Part shown: positions 41,215-50,463 of the stretch, one piece after another
Layout of the letters: each line of letters begins with the position of its first letter
Numbering within the stretch: position 1 is the stretch's first letter
DNA from: Octopus vulgaris
Taxonomy: Eukaryota
Length of the DNA stretch: 64,000 nucleotides
Assembly: GCA_951406725.2 (NCBI GenBank)
Contig: OX597837.1
Coordinates: 4,898,001 to 4,962,000, forward strand
Reading direction: 5' to 3'
The notes under the pieces: model-generated
Seen by the model: the letters and a program-made list of their open reading frames with translations, nothing else
The model's database searches: none
What the model was told of the DNA's origin: nothing
Position numbers and translations under genes: made by a program

Positions 41215-44200
41215 GTTAAGAATAGACAAGAGTCCAAAATCAAACTTACCATAGTTAAACCTTCCATGTCTTTGTAATCATATGAAACTAAGACTTTATT
41301 TGTTGCTGGATCGACTTGATCCAGTGACGAGGGATTGACCTCAAGGATCACAGTGACACGAGTTTCTGACCAGTGATATTTGAAGGCATTGAATCGCTGA
41401 AAGAAAGAAGAAGAAAAAAACTTAAAAACAAGCACAGAGAGAAAACGAGATAGAGACAGACACACTGAAACATACAGGCATAAGCATGCACACACAGACA
41501 CATGAACGGAGATACACACAACCATGGGCCAAAGAATCGATGAAATTGCTTTGACTCAATAGAGTGACTCTTTGAACATAAAAGGGAAGAATACTGTAGC
41601 GCCAACAGTCCAAAAATGGACTCTAAGGTCAGTCTAATGTGTCACCTGGTTTAATGCCTGGGCCTCCACAAACCACATGGCAGCCTTTAGCAGATTTCAC
41701 TATCACTATCATTTGAAACAACACCAGAAATGAATAGGTTTAGCTGCTCTACAGCAAGAAACTTGCTCAGTTCTGGCTGCTTCTGTCATATAAAATGCAA
41801 CAATTATTTAAAAAATATGTAGCTTTTTTAATTATCTTACCTTGACATTGGTGTTCTGTTCAGCAAATAGTTTTCGGAAACGCTGGAAGAGAAAATAAAT
41901 TGACAATAATTAGAGAATAACCACAGTGGTTTTACAAATTATATATAACTGGACATCAAATGGTCACTGGAAATATACATACTGGCCAAAAGGGACAGAG
42001 ACTAGGAACTGGTAACAAGCTGACTACAGGAGACAGATGAGCTGGCCACGGGAGACAGTCAAGCCAACCATGAGAGATAGTCAAGCCAACCACGGGAGAG
42101 AGTCGAGCCAACCATGGGTGACAGACAGGCTGAGCACAAGAAACCATCAAGCCCTCCACTGGACGGACACAGACACATACACACGGCTTTACACATACAT
42201 TCAATCTCTCTCGCACATGCACACACCAATACACACTGCATCATATCGCTTTGAAATTTTGATGAGGTGGCTTAATTTTTTAGAATGACATTGTAGGGTT
42301 GGTGTGAGAGGCCAAACCTGACCAATTTGAGCAGAAAACATGTAGAATATTTGGACCACATGTGGCCAGTTTAAATATTAAAGGATTAAAAAAGAATAAA
42401 CATAAAACCCAAGACATGGAATGTAGCGACTGCTTAGTCCCAAGTCAGCCTCTACTGAGCAGATCTAGGATCGAAGACACTCCACCCACAACCATCCCAT
42501 CAAGAAAATGCACCTTTGATTCTACCACCCAAGCGTCACCAGCGTCGTCTTACTGGTACTCGTGCCCGTGCTAGTAGGGTGCCAAGAGCACCATCCAAGC
42601 GTGATCGTTGCCAGGGCAGCCAACTGGCTTCCGTGCCGGTGGCACATAAAAGGGCACCATTTGAGTGTGATCGTTACCAACATCACCTTACTGGCACCTG
42701 TGCTGGTGGCATGTGTAAAAAGATTCGAGCAAGGTCATTGCCAGTACCGCCTGACTGGCCCAAGTGCTTGTGGCACATAAAAAGCACCCACTACACTCTC
42801 AGAGTAGTCGGTGTTAGGAAGGGCATCCAGCTGTAGAAACTCTGCCAAATCAAGATTGGAGCCTGGTGCAGCCATCTGGTTCGCCAGCCCTCAGTCAAAA
42901 TCATACGCATGGAAAGCGGACGTTAAATGATGATGATGATTACAACGGTGCGTAATTTGAGAGAGATTTAGATCTAACTGCTCTTTCTAGCACATAGAGA
43001 CTATCTTGCTGCTTCATCTTACCTATGGTTACAAGGAAATATGGAAGTAGAAGCTGAAAGAACCAGGGATGAAAAGAACACAAGAAACAGAAGATTTAAG
43101 GTTTAACTTACCAATGCCTCCGTCAAAAGGTCTGGTCGGTGGTCTGTTGAGAACCTCATTGTCTCTATTTTACGCTGATTCTTGCGCATTGTAATGGAGA
43201 ATTCATTATTGGTGGGTGCCTTACTATTCGGCACAATACTAATAAATTCACTGTAGGGCCACTGGAAAATAAGAGAGAGCAGAAAGGAAATGTTAGTACT
43301 TAGGTATTACATACATATTTGCAAAATATTTACATAGGTGTAGGCGTGGCTGTGTGGTTAAGAAGCTAGCTTCGCAACCACATGGTTCCGGGTTCAGTCC
43401 CACTGCGTGGCACCTTGGGCAAGTGACAAAATTCCGTGCGGCATCTCAGTGGACAGGTCGCTGTCTCAAAGCGACGAAAATATTTCGACAAATTAAATTT
43501 AAATGTTGAAGTGAATCTAACGGATTTTGCGTGTTTCTTAAATGGCTTATAAACACCTTCCACGCTGCAATTGATTTCGTTCCAGCGCACACGAACTCAG
43601 ATCAGGTCACTTGCTATGCAAGTACATCACCGTAATTAAAAAAGAAAATCTTACCCGATTGGTGATCTCCAACGTGTTGAGGTTATAAGTTGTAATGCCA
43701 TGGGTGCCAACAGAGAAAATGCGCTTATATCTGTAAAAGACAAAATAAATTCCATGTATAAAACAATAATAACAATAACAATGGCTTCAAATTTTGGCAC
43801 AGGGCCAGCAATTATGAGGGGAGGATAGGTCGATTACATCAACCCACGTACTCAAACTGGTACTTATTCTATCAACCCCAAAAGGATGAAGGATAAAGTT
43901 GGTCATGCAGCAAGTAGGAAATATCACTAAACATTTAACTTTAGTGGGATTTGAACTCAGAACATAAGGAGCTGCAAGAAATGCTGCGAAGCATTTTGGC
44001 CAGCAAGCTCATGGTTTTGCCAGTTCACTGCTTTAATTAATAATAATAATAATAATGATAATAATAATGGTTTCAAATTTTGCTACAAGGGCAGCAATTC
44101 TGAGGGAGGAGATGAGTTGATTATATCGACCCCAGTATGCAACTGGTACTTAAAATTCTGTAGTTTGTAAGATATTTGTGGGTTTTTTTCTTCAATTTCT

Positions 44201-44683
44201 GCAATTTCAACCAATTATTGACGTCTATTGAGGTAAAAAAAACATTCTGTGCCGTATGAAAATGTCCCTCGTTTAAGAAACAGATTGGGATTTATTTACA
44301 TTTGTGAAGAAAAAAATGATACCCTTTCACCCACCCGTAACCCTAAAACAGATTGAAATGCAATAGATTGATACTAGGGTCATAATTATGGGTGACAATT
44401 TCATATGACACCGCTAGAAAAAACTGCCGTTCAAACCGAAGAGATCCCAAAAATTTTAGGACAATAAAAATAAGAAAAAAATGTGGAAATTTTACTGGTG
44501 AGTGTGTTCCATTATAAGGCACAAAAAGAAAATGACTCTCCCTTGACACAAGTAGTTTTGAGAGAAATCTGTTCAATAAATACATTCTGGAGTACCAATA
44601 CAATAGAATACTCACTTTCCTTTCCAAGAATGTTTTGTGATGAAATAGCAGGCTATGTCTATGTTGTCTTTGATGGAATCCAT
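1..44683 (-). CDS. DNAJC13: DnaJ homolog subfamily C member 13 (RME-8), first 1000 codons in 29 exons; 3' part lies outside the window
   Basis: The spliced translation [34 protein letters not shown]...[40 protein letters not shown] is colinear with human DNAJC13 as I recall it. All introns are GT-AG and all exon phases are compatible. Confidence 0.97.
226..630 (-). mobile_element. tRNA-derived SINE family A with internal (TA/CA)n microsatellite. Other copies about 5883-6225, 11900-12410, 18800-19193, 28800-29105, 33345-33742, 46194-46592, 48080-48243, 48920-49890, 53625-53772, 54765-55152, 55785-56100, 59625-59780, 61131-61393
   Basis: Head GGAGTGGCTGTGTGGTAAG...GGTTCAGTCCC (A/B boxes), CCTTGGGCAAGT core and (GTAAAAGA)n tail; more than 12 similar copies in both orientations. 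Confidence 0.9.
750..1120 (+). mobile_element. tRNA-derived SINE family D; second copy about 40822-41010
   Basis: A box TGGTCCAGTGG and B box GTTTCAATTCCC; body shared with the 40822 copy. Confidence 0.75.
1155..1572 (+). mobile_element. MITE with ~29-bp TIRs (GGATCTTTTCGGTTTGAACGGCAGTTTTT) and 8-bp TSD, Merlin-like
   Basis: TIRs at both ends; flanks cacggtac/cacagtac. Confidence 0.85.
2244..3135. repeat. Compound degenerate (GAT)n triplet repeat with higher-order units (GATGAAATT, GATGAAAAT, GACGAT)
   Basis: Directly visible; accounts for the four overlapping low-complexity ORFs at 2028-3321. Confidence 0.95.
3166..3270 (-). CDS. DNAJC13: DNAJC13 coding exon 28 ([35 protein letters not shown])
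   Basis: gttccag|...|gtgagt; 105 nt; start of the GYF_2-like region. Confidence 0.96.
3822..3923 (-). CDS. DNAJC13: DNAJC13 coding exon 27 ([34 protein letters not shown])
   Basis: atttcag|...|gtaagg; 102 nt. Confidence 0.96.
5160..5368. repeat. Perfect palindrome with 104-bp arms and a 1-nt centre (5264); probably an inverted Penelope-type terminal repeat
   Basis: Arms are base-for-base reverse complements. Confidence 0.92.
5301..5351 (+). ncRNA. Type I hammerhead ribozyme motif, mirrored on the minus strand at 5177-5227
   Basis: AGCCUC-CUGAUGA-(UUCA/UGAA stem II)-GAAA-CAG/CUG stem III-UA-GAAGCU; stem I has one mismatch. Confidence 0.7.
5578..5640 (-). CDS. DNAJC13: DNAJC13 coding exon 26 ([21 protein letters not shown])
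   Basis: tttccag|...|gtgagt; 63 nt. Confidence 0.95.
6455..6614 (-). CDS. DNAJC13: DNAJC13 coding exon 25 ([13 protein letters not shown]...[11 protein letters not shown])
   Basis: ttaccag|...|gtaagt; 160 nt. Confidence 0.96.
7084..7471 (-). mobile_element. GC-rich ~370-390-bp repeat resembling an RTE/BovB-type LINE 5'UTR; other copies 17555-17922 (+) and 26473-26860 (-)
   Basis: Three colinear copies; motif GAGCTATGCCGT...TAGGGCCACCCAAGGCGGA..GGTC.TGACA resembles the RTE 5'UTR motif as I recall it. Confidence 0.65.
7774..7843 (-). CDS. DNAJC13: DNAJC13 coding exon 24 ([22 protein letters not shown])
   Basis: atccaag|...|gtaagt; 70 nt. Confidence 0.94.
7874..8037 (-). mobile_element. Solo partial copy of the TTAA piggyBac-type MITE that forms the 34.9-37.8 kb array
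   Basis: ttaaCCCTTTCGTTAC terminus; body is the reverse complement of the array unit. Confidence 0.85.
8040..8529 (+). mobile_element. CR1/L2-like LINE 3' fragment with (ATT)n tail
   Basis: Translation [27 protein letters not shown] matches the C-terminal FF..RV...W..LP..VV...FK signature of CR1-clade ORF2. Confidence 0.8.
9440..9890 (-). mobile_element. Repeat family B: (ATG)n-tailed retroposon with a variable number of internal GTGCCGGTGGCAC hairpin units. About 20 copies, e.g. 1760-1918, 10190-10530, 14955-15250, 19200-19600, 20778-21157, 22155-22412, 23575-24240, 24757-25172, 28250-28670, 39530-40095, 42535-42940, 62850-63180
   Basis: Shared core GGTTGGCGTTAGGAAGGGCATCCAGCTGTAGAAA and tail CCAACCCATGCTAGCATGGAAAGCGGACGTTAAACGATGATG. 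Confidence 0.9.
10690..10834 (-). CDS. DNAJC13: DNAJC13 coding exon 23 ([23 protein letters not shown]...EIKI)
   Basis: tcaccag|...|gtatgg; 145 nt. Confidence 0.96.
11298..11423 (-). CDS. DNAJC13: DNAJC13 coding exon 22 ([21 protein letters not shown]...NLIWNYK)
   Basis: tttgcag|...|gtatgt; 126 nt. Confidence 0.95.
12439..12552 (-). CDS. DNAJC13: DNAJC13 coding exon 21 ([11 protein letters not shown]...[17 protein letters not shown])
   Basis: tttttag|...|gtaaat; 114 nt; HWR..MG motif. Confidence 0.9.
12748..12820 (-). pseudogene. Degenerate tRNA-like sequence
   Basis: TGGTGCAATGG A box and GGTTCTAATC B-box-like motif with broken stems. Confidence 0.4.
13681..13912 (+). mobile_element. tRNA-related SINE family C (GGCGGCGAGCTGGCAGAA head). 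Copies 11525-11756, 25770-26164 (tandem), 40477-40779, 51855-52086; older relatives 11047-11263, 12911-13510, 43783-44152, 52200-52414
   Basis: B box GAGTTCAAATTCC, central GCCTTTCATCCTTTCGGGGTCGATAAA.TAAGTACCAG domain and AGCCCCTTGTGG tail. Confidence 0.9.
14337..14670 (+). mobile_element. tRNA-derived SINE family E; reverse copy about 22720-23000; related heads at 21737, 23268, 27600-27735 and 58605
   Basis: A box TGGCTCAGTGG, B-box-like CTCGATTCC and TTCTTGAGCAAGACACTT core. Confidence 0.8.
15347..15442 (-). CDS. DNAJC13: DNAJC13 coding exon 20 ([15 protein letters not shown]...[10 protein letters not shown])
   Basis: tttccag|...|gtgag; 96 nt. Confidence 0.95.
16373..16448 (-). CDS. DNAJC13: DNAJC13 coding exon 19 ([25 protein letters not shown])
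   Basis: tttgcag|...|gtaac; 76 nt. Confidence 0.95.
17176..17280. repeat. 35-bp minisatellite, 3 copies (CTGCAGCAGCCGTCCAAGAATTTGGACCTGG...)
   Basis: Units start at 17176, 17211 and 17246. Confidence 0.85.
18027..18148 (-). CDS. DNAJC13: DNAJC13 coding exon 18 ([25 protein letters not shown]...MLTN)
   Basis: gtttcag|...|gtgag; 122 nt. Confidence 0.95.
19749..19805 (-). CDS. DNAJC13: DNAJC13 coding exon 17 ([19 protein letters not shown])
   Basis: tttacag|...|gtcagt; 57 nt. Confidence 0.95.
20074..20490 (+). mobile_element. Same MITE, full copy
   Basis: Both TIRs; exact 8-bp TSD aaatttaa (20066-20073 and 20491-20498). Confidence 0.9.
21326..21481 (-). CDS. DNAJC13: DNAJC13 coding exon 16 ([30 protein letters not shown]...FKLFQ)
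   Basis: tctccag|...|gttcgt; 156 nt. Confidence 0.96.
24465..24572 (-). CDS. DNAJC13: DNAJC13 coding exon 15 ([15 protein letters not shown]...EMFNYHV)
   Basis: attctag|...|gtaag; 108 nt. Confidence 0.95.
25637..25697 (-). ncRNA. Hammerhead-like motif with variant core (CGGAAGA)
   Basis: GAUAA-CGGAAGA-GAUA..UAUC-C-GAAA-CU(CGG)AG-UU-UUAUC; stems I and III pair. Confidence 0.5.
26246..26345 (-). CDS. DNAJC13: DNAJC13 coding exon 14 ([15 protein letters not shown]...DMLCALMQ)
   Basis: cttccag|...|gtaaa; 100 nt. Confidence 0.95.
27131..27342 (+). mobile_element. 3' end of an RLE-type non-LTR retrotransposon (R4/Dong-like) inside (AAT)n
   Basis: Degenerate translation [17 protein letters not shown]...[19 protein letters not shown]; (AAT)n on both flanks. 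Confidence 0.75.
27810..27982 (-). CDS. DNAJC13: DNAJC13 coding exon 13 ([12 protein letters not shown]...[17 protein letters not shown])
   Basis: cctccag|...|gtaag; 173 nt. Confidence 0.96.
29391..29473 (-). CDS. DNAJC13: DNAJC13 coding exon 12 ([27 protein letters not shown])
   Basis: ttttcag|...|gtcagt; 83 nt. Confidence 0.94.
29577..29923 (+). mobile_element. Same MITE, internally deleted copy; partial copies at about 15611-16119 (tandem) and 44154-44448
   Basis: Both TIRs; exact 8-bp TSD tagtctgc. Confidence 0.88.
30082..30339. repeat. Fold-back inverted repeat with ~115-120-bp arms and a ~23-nt spacer
   Basis: aaagattgtttgccaac...tatttttga versus tcaaaaatata...gttggcaaacaatcttt; few mismatches and one indel. 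Confidence 0.88.
30649..30694 (+). ncRNA. Minimal type I hammerhead ribozyme (Penelope-type, no stem III)
   Basis: GACAC-CUGAUGA-A-GGCUG(loop)CAGCC-GAAAC-GUU-GUGUU; intact core with stems I and II. Confidence 0.75.
30773..30841 (-). CDS. DNAJC13: DNAJC13 coding exon 11 ([22 protein letters not shown])
   Basis: ttcctag|...|gtaag; 69 nt. Confidence 0.94.
31268..31530. repeat. Degenerate TGCATGTG/TGTGT-type tandem low-complexity repeat
   Basis: Directly visible; source of the H/T/C-rich ORFs. Confidence 0.85.
31848..31945 (-). CDS. DNAJC13: DNAJC13 coding exon 10 ([23 protein letters not shown]...)
   Basis: tttacag|...|gtaac; 98 nt. Confidence 0.95.
32230..32850. repeat. Diverged tandem repeat (~180-190-bp units built from TGCTACATGTG subunits)
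   Basis: Recurring blocks such as ccaaatgaagcagctctaaatgtgctacatgtgg. Confidence 0.75.
33042..33133 (-). CDS. DNAJC13: DNAJC13 coding exon 9 ([14 protein letters not shown]...YQSTD)
   Basis: tcttcag|...|gtaag; 92 nt. Confidence 0.94.
34639..34798 (-). CDS. DNAJC13: DNAJC13 coding exon 8 ([20 protein letters not shown]...KPLCD)
   Basis: ttgtcag|...|gtaag; 160 nt. Confidence 0.95.
34896..37805 (+). repeat. Tandem array of 12 units of ~244 bp, each a piggyBac-type MITE plus a ~20-bp spacer; whole array bounded by TTAA
   Basis: Unit CCCTTTGATACCA...TGGTAACAAAAGGG (imperfect TIR); starts at about 34900, 35146, 35388, 35625, 35870, 36114, 36359, 36604, 36848, 37091, 37336, 37581. Confidence 0.92.
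38211..38288 (+). repeat. Interstitial telomere-like array (TTAGGG variants) with a 28-bp higher-order unit
   Basis: (ttagggttttagggttagggttttaagg) x 2.8. Confidence 0.9.
38757..38899 (-). CDS. DNAJC13: DNAJC13 coding exon 7 ([13 protein letters not shown]...HKFGNF)
   Basis: atttcag|...|gtgag; 143 nt. Confidence 0.94.
40324..40377 (-). CDS. DNAJC13: DNAJC13 coding exon 6 ([18 protein letters not shown])
   Basis: ttattag|...|gtgag; 54 nt. Confidence 0.93.
41250..41396 (-). CDS. DNAJC13: DNAJC13 coding exon 5 ([13 protein letters not shown]...[11 protein letters not shown])
   Basis: ctttcag|...|gtaag; 147 nt. Confidence 0.95.
41841..41882 (-). CDS. DNAJC13: DNAJC13 coding exon 4 ([14 protein letters not shown])
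   Basis: cttccag|...|gtaag; 42 nt. Confidence 0.9.
43112..43261 (-). CDS. DNAJC13: DNAJC13 coding exon 3 (WPYSEF...[14 protein letters not shown])
   Basis: ttttccag|...|gtaag; 150 nt. Confidence 0.95.
43655..43730 (-). CDS. DNAJC13: DNAJC13 coding exon 2 ([25 protein letters not shown])
   Basis: ttttacag|...|gtaag; 76 nt; homology. Confidence 0.95.
44616..44683 (-). CDS. DNAJC13: DNAJC13 coding exon 1 ([22 protein letters not shown]); acceptor 6 nt upstream, exon starts at 44689
   Basis: tacttgcag|GACATC ATG...GGA AA|gtgag; conserved TKHSW.GK motif. Confidence 0.93.
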
Positions 44684-44874
44684 GATGTCCTGCAAGTAGA
44701 AAAGAAAGGAAGTAAGATAGATGATTGCTATAACAACGGAACCTGTGTGTGTCTTGATAAATTAATGGGGAACTATGTGGTTACTTGACATGCTAATAAC
44801 GGCAGCCAAGAAAGAAATAGAACGAAATCTCCTTCAAATCACATCTACATAGTTAAAAAAGGAAGTGTATCAGA

Positions 44875-45603
44875 CTAGAAGTTCCATCCATCCATTTTCT
44901 CTGCCCACCATTCCTGGAATGCCTTTAAGAGTAAAGTCCTCAGATACCTCCTCCATAGGGTCCTATGAGAAGCAACCATCATCACACTTTTTGGTTGGAT
45001 TCTCATGTGCAACCAACTGAGTCTATAGATATTTTCAAAAAAATTTTTCACACAAAAAGCTTCCCACCATCGTTTTAAAGACCATGATGAAAAAAAAAAT
45101 TGGAAAAATCTTCGTCAAAATGGAGAAAATCCAATTTATGTTGGGTGTCCTGATCCAAAACACCACCATTTACAGCCATTTTTAACGAGCAAAACACCTA
45201 CCCGTCCAAACATTTAAACCAAATTTTCTCAAAATAACTTGTCCTCCCTTTTGAGAAACACTGATTTAACCTAAATGTGAGACACCAGCAAAAGAAGAAA
45301 TAATGTTAGACTTTTTTTTCTATTCCAAAGAAAAACGATTTTATTCACACAAATATGCAACCAAAGAGTATAAAGTACCAGTAAGTACATCGCAACAGCT
45401 GATGTACTTGCGCGTACAAATGCACTTTCCCACGGCTTTATCGATCGCATTCTCACCTGGAATCGATTTTTGTCATTTTTTCAAGATGTATACACGCCCT
45501 GATACCGTCGGTATCTACATATCAAATTTGAGTGCAATCAGATGGAGGATGTCCAAGATCCTAGAAGACACACAGACAGACAGAATGGATTTTATATAAT
45601 AGA
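44875..45603 (-). mobile_element. Helitron-like non-autonomous element; a second 5' end fragment at about 18730-18793
   Basis: 5' end TCTATTATATAAAATC followed by (TGTC)n; candidate CTAG 3' end near 44875; 3' hairpin not clearly seen. Confidence 0.5.
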
Positions 45604-47122
45604 CATTCCATCCAAATTTTACTGAAATGGGGTTCATGTCCCAAAATTTCAGGATGTATTTAGTTCTATACCCTACTACAAATATGTCGAAACTCAATTT
45701 AGGATTTAGGTAGGCTTGAAAAAACACTGACAAATTGACTGTTTGTTACACATAACAGAACAGGTTTTACATAAACATTTCAAAAATTACCAAAAAATAA
45801 ATTTCCTTTCCAAGAACCTGAAAAAAAAAAAAAAAAGCAACATCATGGTCACTATTAGTGTAATTTAACGATGATTATCACCTCAGTTTCTAAGATATGA
45901 CGTCACAAATATGGCTAATTATTCACTACAGCCAATTAGGCAAGATTTCAACCCATTAACTGGCCATTCAAAATTGTCATATTTCCTAAAATATTCATCC
46001 AAATTTCACAAATGAGGTATAAAAATGTTTTCCGTTTCTTGGACACTTGCCAAGAAAAAGTACAGCAGAAATTACAATTAAGTATTTTCAAAAATTCATA
46101 GCGATACCCACTTAAAGCATACAAAGGCATACATATCAGCCAACAATGTTTATATTTACACATATACGTATGTGTGTGTATATATATAAATATACTCTTT
46201 TACTTGTTTCAGTCATTTTGACTGCAGCCATGCTGGAGCACCGCCTTTAGTCGAGCAACTCGACCCCAGGACTTATTCTTTGTAAGCCCAGTACTTATTC
46301 TATCAGTCTCTTTTGCCGAACCACTAAGTGACGGGTACGTAAACACACCAGCATTGGTTGTCAAGCAATGCTAGAGGGACAAACACACAAACATATACAC
46401 ACACATACATATATATATATACATATATACGACAGGCTTCTTTTAGTTTCCGTCTACCAAATCCACTCACAAGGCTCTGGTCGGCCTGAGGCTATAGCAG
46501 AAGACACTTGCCCAAGGTGCCATGCAGTGGGACTGAACCCGAAACCATGTGGTTGGTAAGCAAGCTACTTACCACACAGCCACTCCTGCACCTACATATA
46601 CATATATATATATATATGTTCTATTTTTTTTACACGTTTCAGTCATTTGATTGTGGCCATGCTGTAGCATAGTCTCAAATGGTTTTAGTCAAAATTGATC
46701 CCAGGACTGCTAAGCATTTTGCCCGGCGTGCTAACGATTCTGCCAGCTCGCCGGAAGATAAATACCAAAAGACAACATAAGGTTCCTGAGGCCGGTGTCT
46801 AACTGGACGGAAGACCACTCAAACTGTCACATCTTAAGACAGTGTATGTATTTATACGACGTGTGTTAATGTGTGTGTAAGAGTGTATGTATGCGTATGA
46901 ATGAGTATTTGTGGGTATTCTAGTCTTGATATCGTTCAATACTTGTTAAAATTAATTGCTGGGAGGTCATAAGCCTTAAACAATTTCCATAGGGTACAGG
47001 AAAGGATAGAACATCACCTGCATATGATAGAACATCACCTGCATATGATAGAACATCACCTACTATGAAGCAATGTCCATTTATTTTGTGGATGGGGAGT
47101 CAAATACAACAATAACACAAGT

Positions 47123-47153
<31 letters not shown>

Positions 47154-47705
47154 TAATATTAATAATGATAATGTTCAATCTCACCAAATATATAATTTTA
47201 TGTAATGAATAAAATATTTGATAGTGACACTTACCAAACAAAATCAATTCTTTATTTTATATATATGTATGTGCATGCATTATATGTATGCATGTGTGTA
47301 TATATATATGTATATGTACACACACACGTGTACACACATGTGTTTATGTGTATATATGTGTATATACATTTGTACATGTGTGTATGTGTGCGCATGCATG
47401 AATGTATGTATATCTGTATTTATATACATGTGTATATATGTGTGTGTGTGCATATATATATATACACACACACACATATATAAAGAACATATATATACAC
47501 ACACGTATATATAAAGAATATATATATAGACATATATAAAAGAATATGCATATATATATATATATATATACACACATACATATATACATATGTGTGTATG
47601 TACATATGTATGCATGTGTGTGTGCATGTATATATATATATATGTATGTATGTATGTATGTATATACATATGTGTGCATGTAAATGTGTGTTGTACAGTT
47701 TTTAC

Positions 47706-47736
47706 CGAGAGAGAGATCTGTTGAACCGATGCCAAC
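47706..47736 (-). other. Candidate 31-nt 5'UTR exon of DNAJC13
   Basis: Strong acceptor ttttccatttgttgtttcag and donor CG|gtaaaa; unique island between microsatellites. Confidence 0.35.
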
Positions 47737-48047
47737 CTGAAACAACAAATGGAAAATGATAATATAAAATCAACGCCGTTGTTTTAATGACCGCTTTTCC
47801 ATGCCAACACCGGCTGGACGAGGGTCTCGGTGGCAACGCTTCCATAACCAGATGCCTTACTTGGCACAAACTCATATAGCGGGGGCCCCTTATGGCATGC
47901 ACAGATATGGAATACCTATTTTTAAAAATTGGAATATTCACACACAGAGTGCATGTGAGTGGGTGGTGTGCATATATTTTGACACACAAAGATGTATGCA
48001 CACACAGACACATAAACATACATACACACACACATATGTATATATAC

Positions 48048-48080
<33 letters not shown>

Positions 48081-49119
48081 CAACGGGCTTCTTTCAGTTA
48101 ACCTCTACCAAATTCACTCACAAGGCTTTGGTCGGCCTGAGGCTATAGTAGAAGACACTTGCCCAAGGTGCCATGGAGTGGGACTGAACCTGGAACCATG
48201 TGGTTGGTAAGCAAGCTACTTACCACACAGCCACTCCTGCGCATTATTTCTACATATTCAAATAGATACACACACATTTATACATACATTCAAACACACA
48301 AAAACGTGTCTATACTGTGTGTGTGACTACATGTATGTGTATGTCTGTATGTACATGTGTGTGTATGTGTGTGACTACATTTATGTGTATGTCTGTATGT
48401 ACATGTGTATGTGTGTGTGTGACTACATTTATGTGTATATATGCATATGTGTGTGTGTGTTTTAGGGAGAATCGAATCTGGGAGGCTGTGGTGTTGATGC
48501 CTCCACACAAACACACACTACAAACACTAGATGTAACGAAACACTGGTACACGGATGCCGTAACAAACAACGACTGAAACGTCTCTATGACGCGTCAGTG
48601 GTGTTATCCAAATCAGTTGTAATTCGACAGAAACTTGGCTGCTATTTCTCACAGATGAAATCCACCCACAGGCTAGAGAGTCACTAAGTCATCGAGGGGG
48701 TGGGGATCTATGTCACCTGTCTCAGCCACCTGTTCTCTGTCGACCACCTGCACTTTTAAGCAACACATTTATGTTGTAATCAACAAGATGTATAATTAAT
48801 CTTTACCTGTAGCTTCCAGTAACTCACTAATTACAGGCAGTGATTAATTTTTTTACACTACCTTCGTTAATTAAATCGTCCGGCAAGTTATAGGCAGAAG
48901 GTTCTGAACAGCCCCAGGCACACGTAATGACTATGTGGTTAAGAGGCTCACTTTACTAACTTGTAGTTTGAGGTTCGGTCCCACTGTGTGGTAACTTTGG
49001 CAAGTGGCTTCTAGCATAGCCCCAGGGAAACCGATGTAAGTAGGTTTGCTAGGCAGAAGCTGTGAGGAAGCCTGTCATATATACACACACACACATACAT
49101 GTATAAGTAAAAATATATA

Positions 49120-49233
<114 letters not shown>

Positions 49234-49335
49234 TATATATAGACACATACATATAGATACATACACACACATATATATACACACATATAGATACACACAC
49301 ACACATATATATATATATACACACATATACATACG

Positions 49336-49367
<32 letters not shown>

Positions 49368-49375
49368 TACATACG

Positions 49376-49413
<38 letters not shown>

Positions 49414-50049
49414 TACATACGTGTGTATATATATATATATGCACACACATACATATGTATATATATATATATGCACACACACACATATGTATATATATAT
49501 ATATGCACACACACACATATGTATATATATATATATGCACACACACACATACATACGTATATATATATATATATATATACACATACACACATACGTATAT
49601 ATACACACATATACACACACACAGGAATATATACACACACATACACACATGCATATATAAATGGATATGTTTATGTGTGTCTTTATGATAGTGTTTCTCT
49701 CTGCCCACTGCTTGACAACCAGTGCTAGTTTGTTTACATCTGTACGACATAGAAGTTCAGTAAACGAGATGGACAGAATAAGTACCAAACTTAAAAGGAG
49801 AAAAAAAAAGTACTTGGGGTGGGGTCAGACCTTCAAGGCAGTGCCCCGGCATGGCCACAATCAAATGACTGAAATAAGTAAAAGATGAAAGACTCGTTAA
49901 TGTCACAATCAATGGATATCAGTCCGTTAATTCATTGCATCTACATTTGTAAACATAACGATGCAGGTTAATAAAACTAACGGGGTCATTTTCTACTCAT
50001 CCAATTTTCCAAACTCAGAAAGACCCTCAGAAGAATATATGGCAAACCA

Positions 50050-50355
50050 TCAGAGCAACACAACAGCTCCCTCGATAGGCTCATCAAGGGATAAGTCATC
50101 ACTGGTAGAGGTCCTGGAAGCCCTCATGGTGGTAATGGTGGTGGTTGTAGTGGTATTGAAAAGTCTGAGTCTGCTCTTATCAAAAGATCTCATGTGCACG
50201 TTGCTGGTTAACTGGGCGGGACTCAAAAGGCCTGTTGCCCCAGCATTGTAGCTTGTGTAAACCGCCCCTGAATTCCCTCCTAGGCCCTGACTGATCAAAC
50301 CTATAATCAAAGGCGTTAACCATTTACAGGCATTGCGAATGTGCCCCAGGGAGCC
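50050..50355 (-). CDS. Candidate second exon (GSLGHIRNACKW...EPIEGAVVLL*), in frame with the exon above
   Basis: Long pyrimidine tract ending in gcactag|; 101 open codons in phase 0. Confidence 0.4.
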   Translation of the reverse strand, partial: GSLGHIRNACKWLTPLIIGLISQGLGGNSGAVYTSYNAGATGLLSPAQLTSNVHMRSFDKSRLRLFNTTTTTTITTMRASRTSTSDDLSLDEPIEGAVVLL

Positions 50356-50463
50356 CTAGTGCAGAGTACAAGCAGGAGGAAGACGACAGAGAAGAATAAA
50401 AGTGAAGTAACTAACAAGAAGGGGGCCATATGTAAGGGCTAAGGTTTATGGGTGCCAAGTTAC

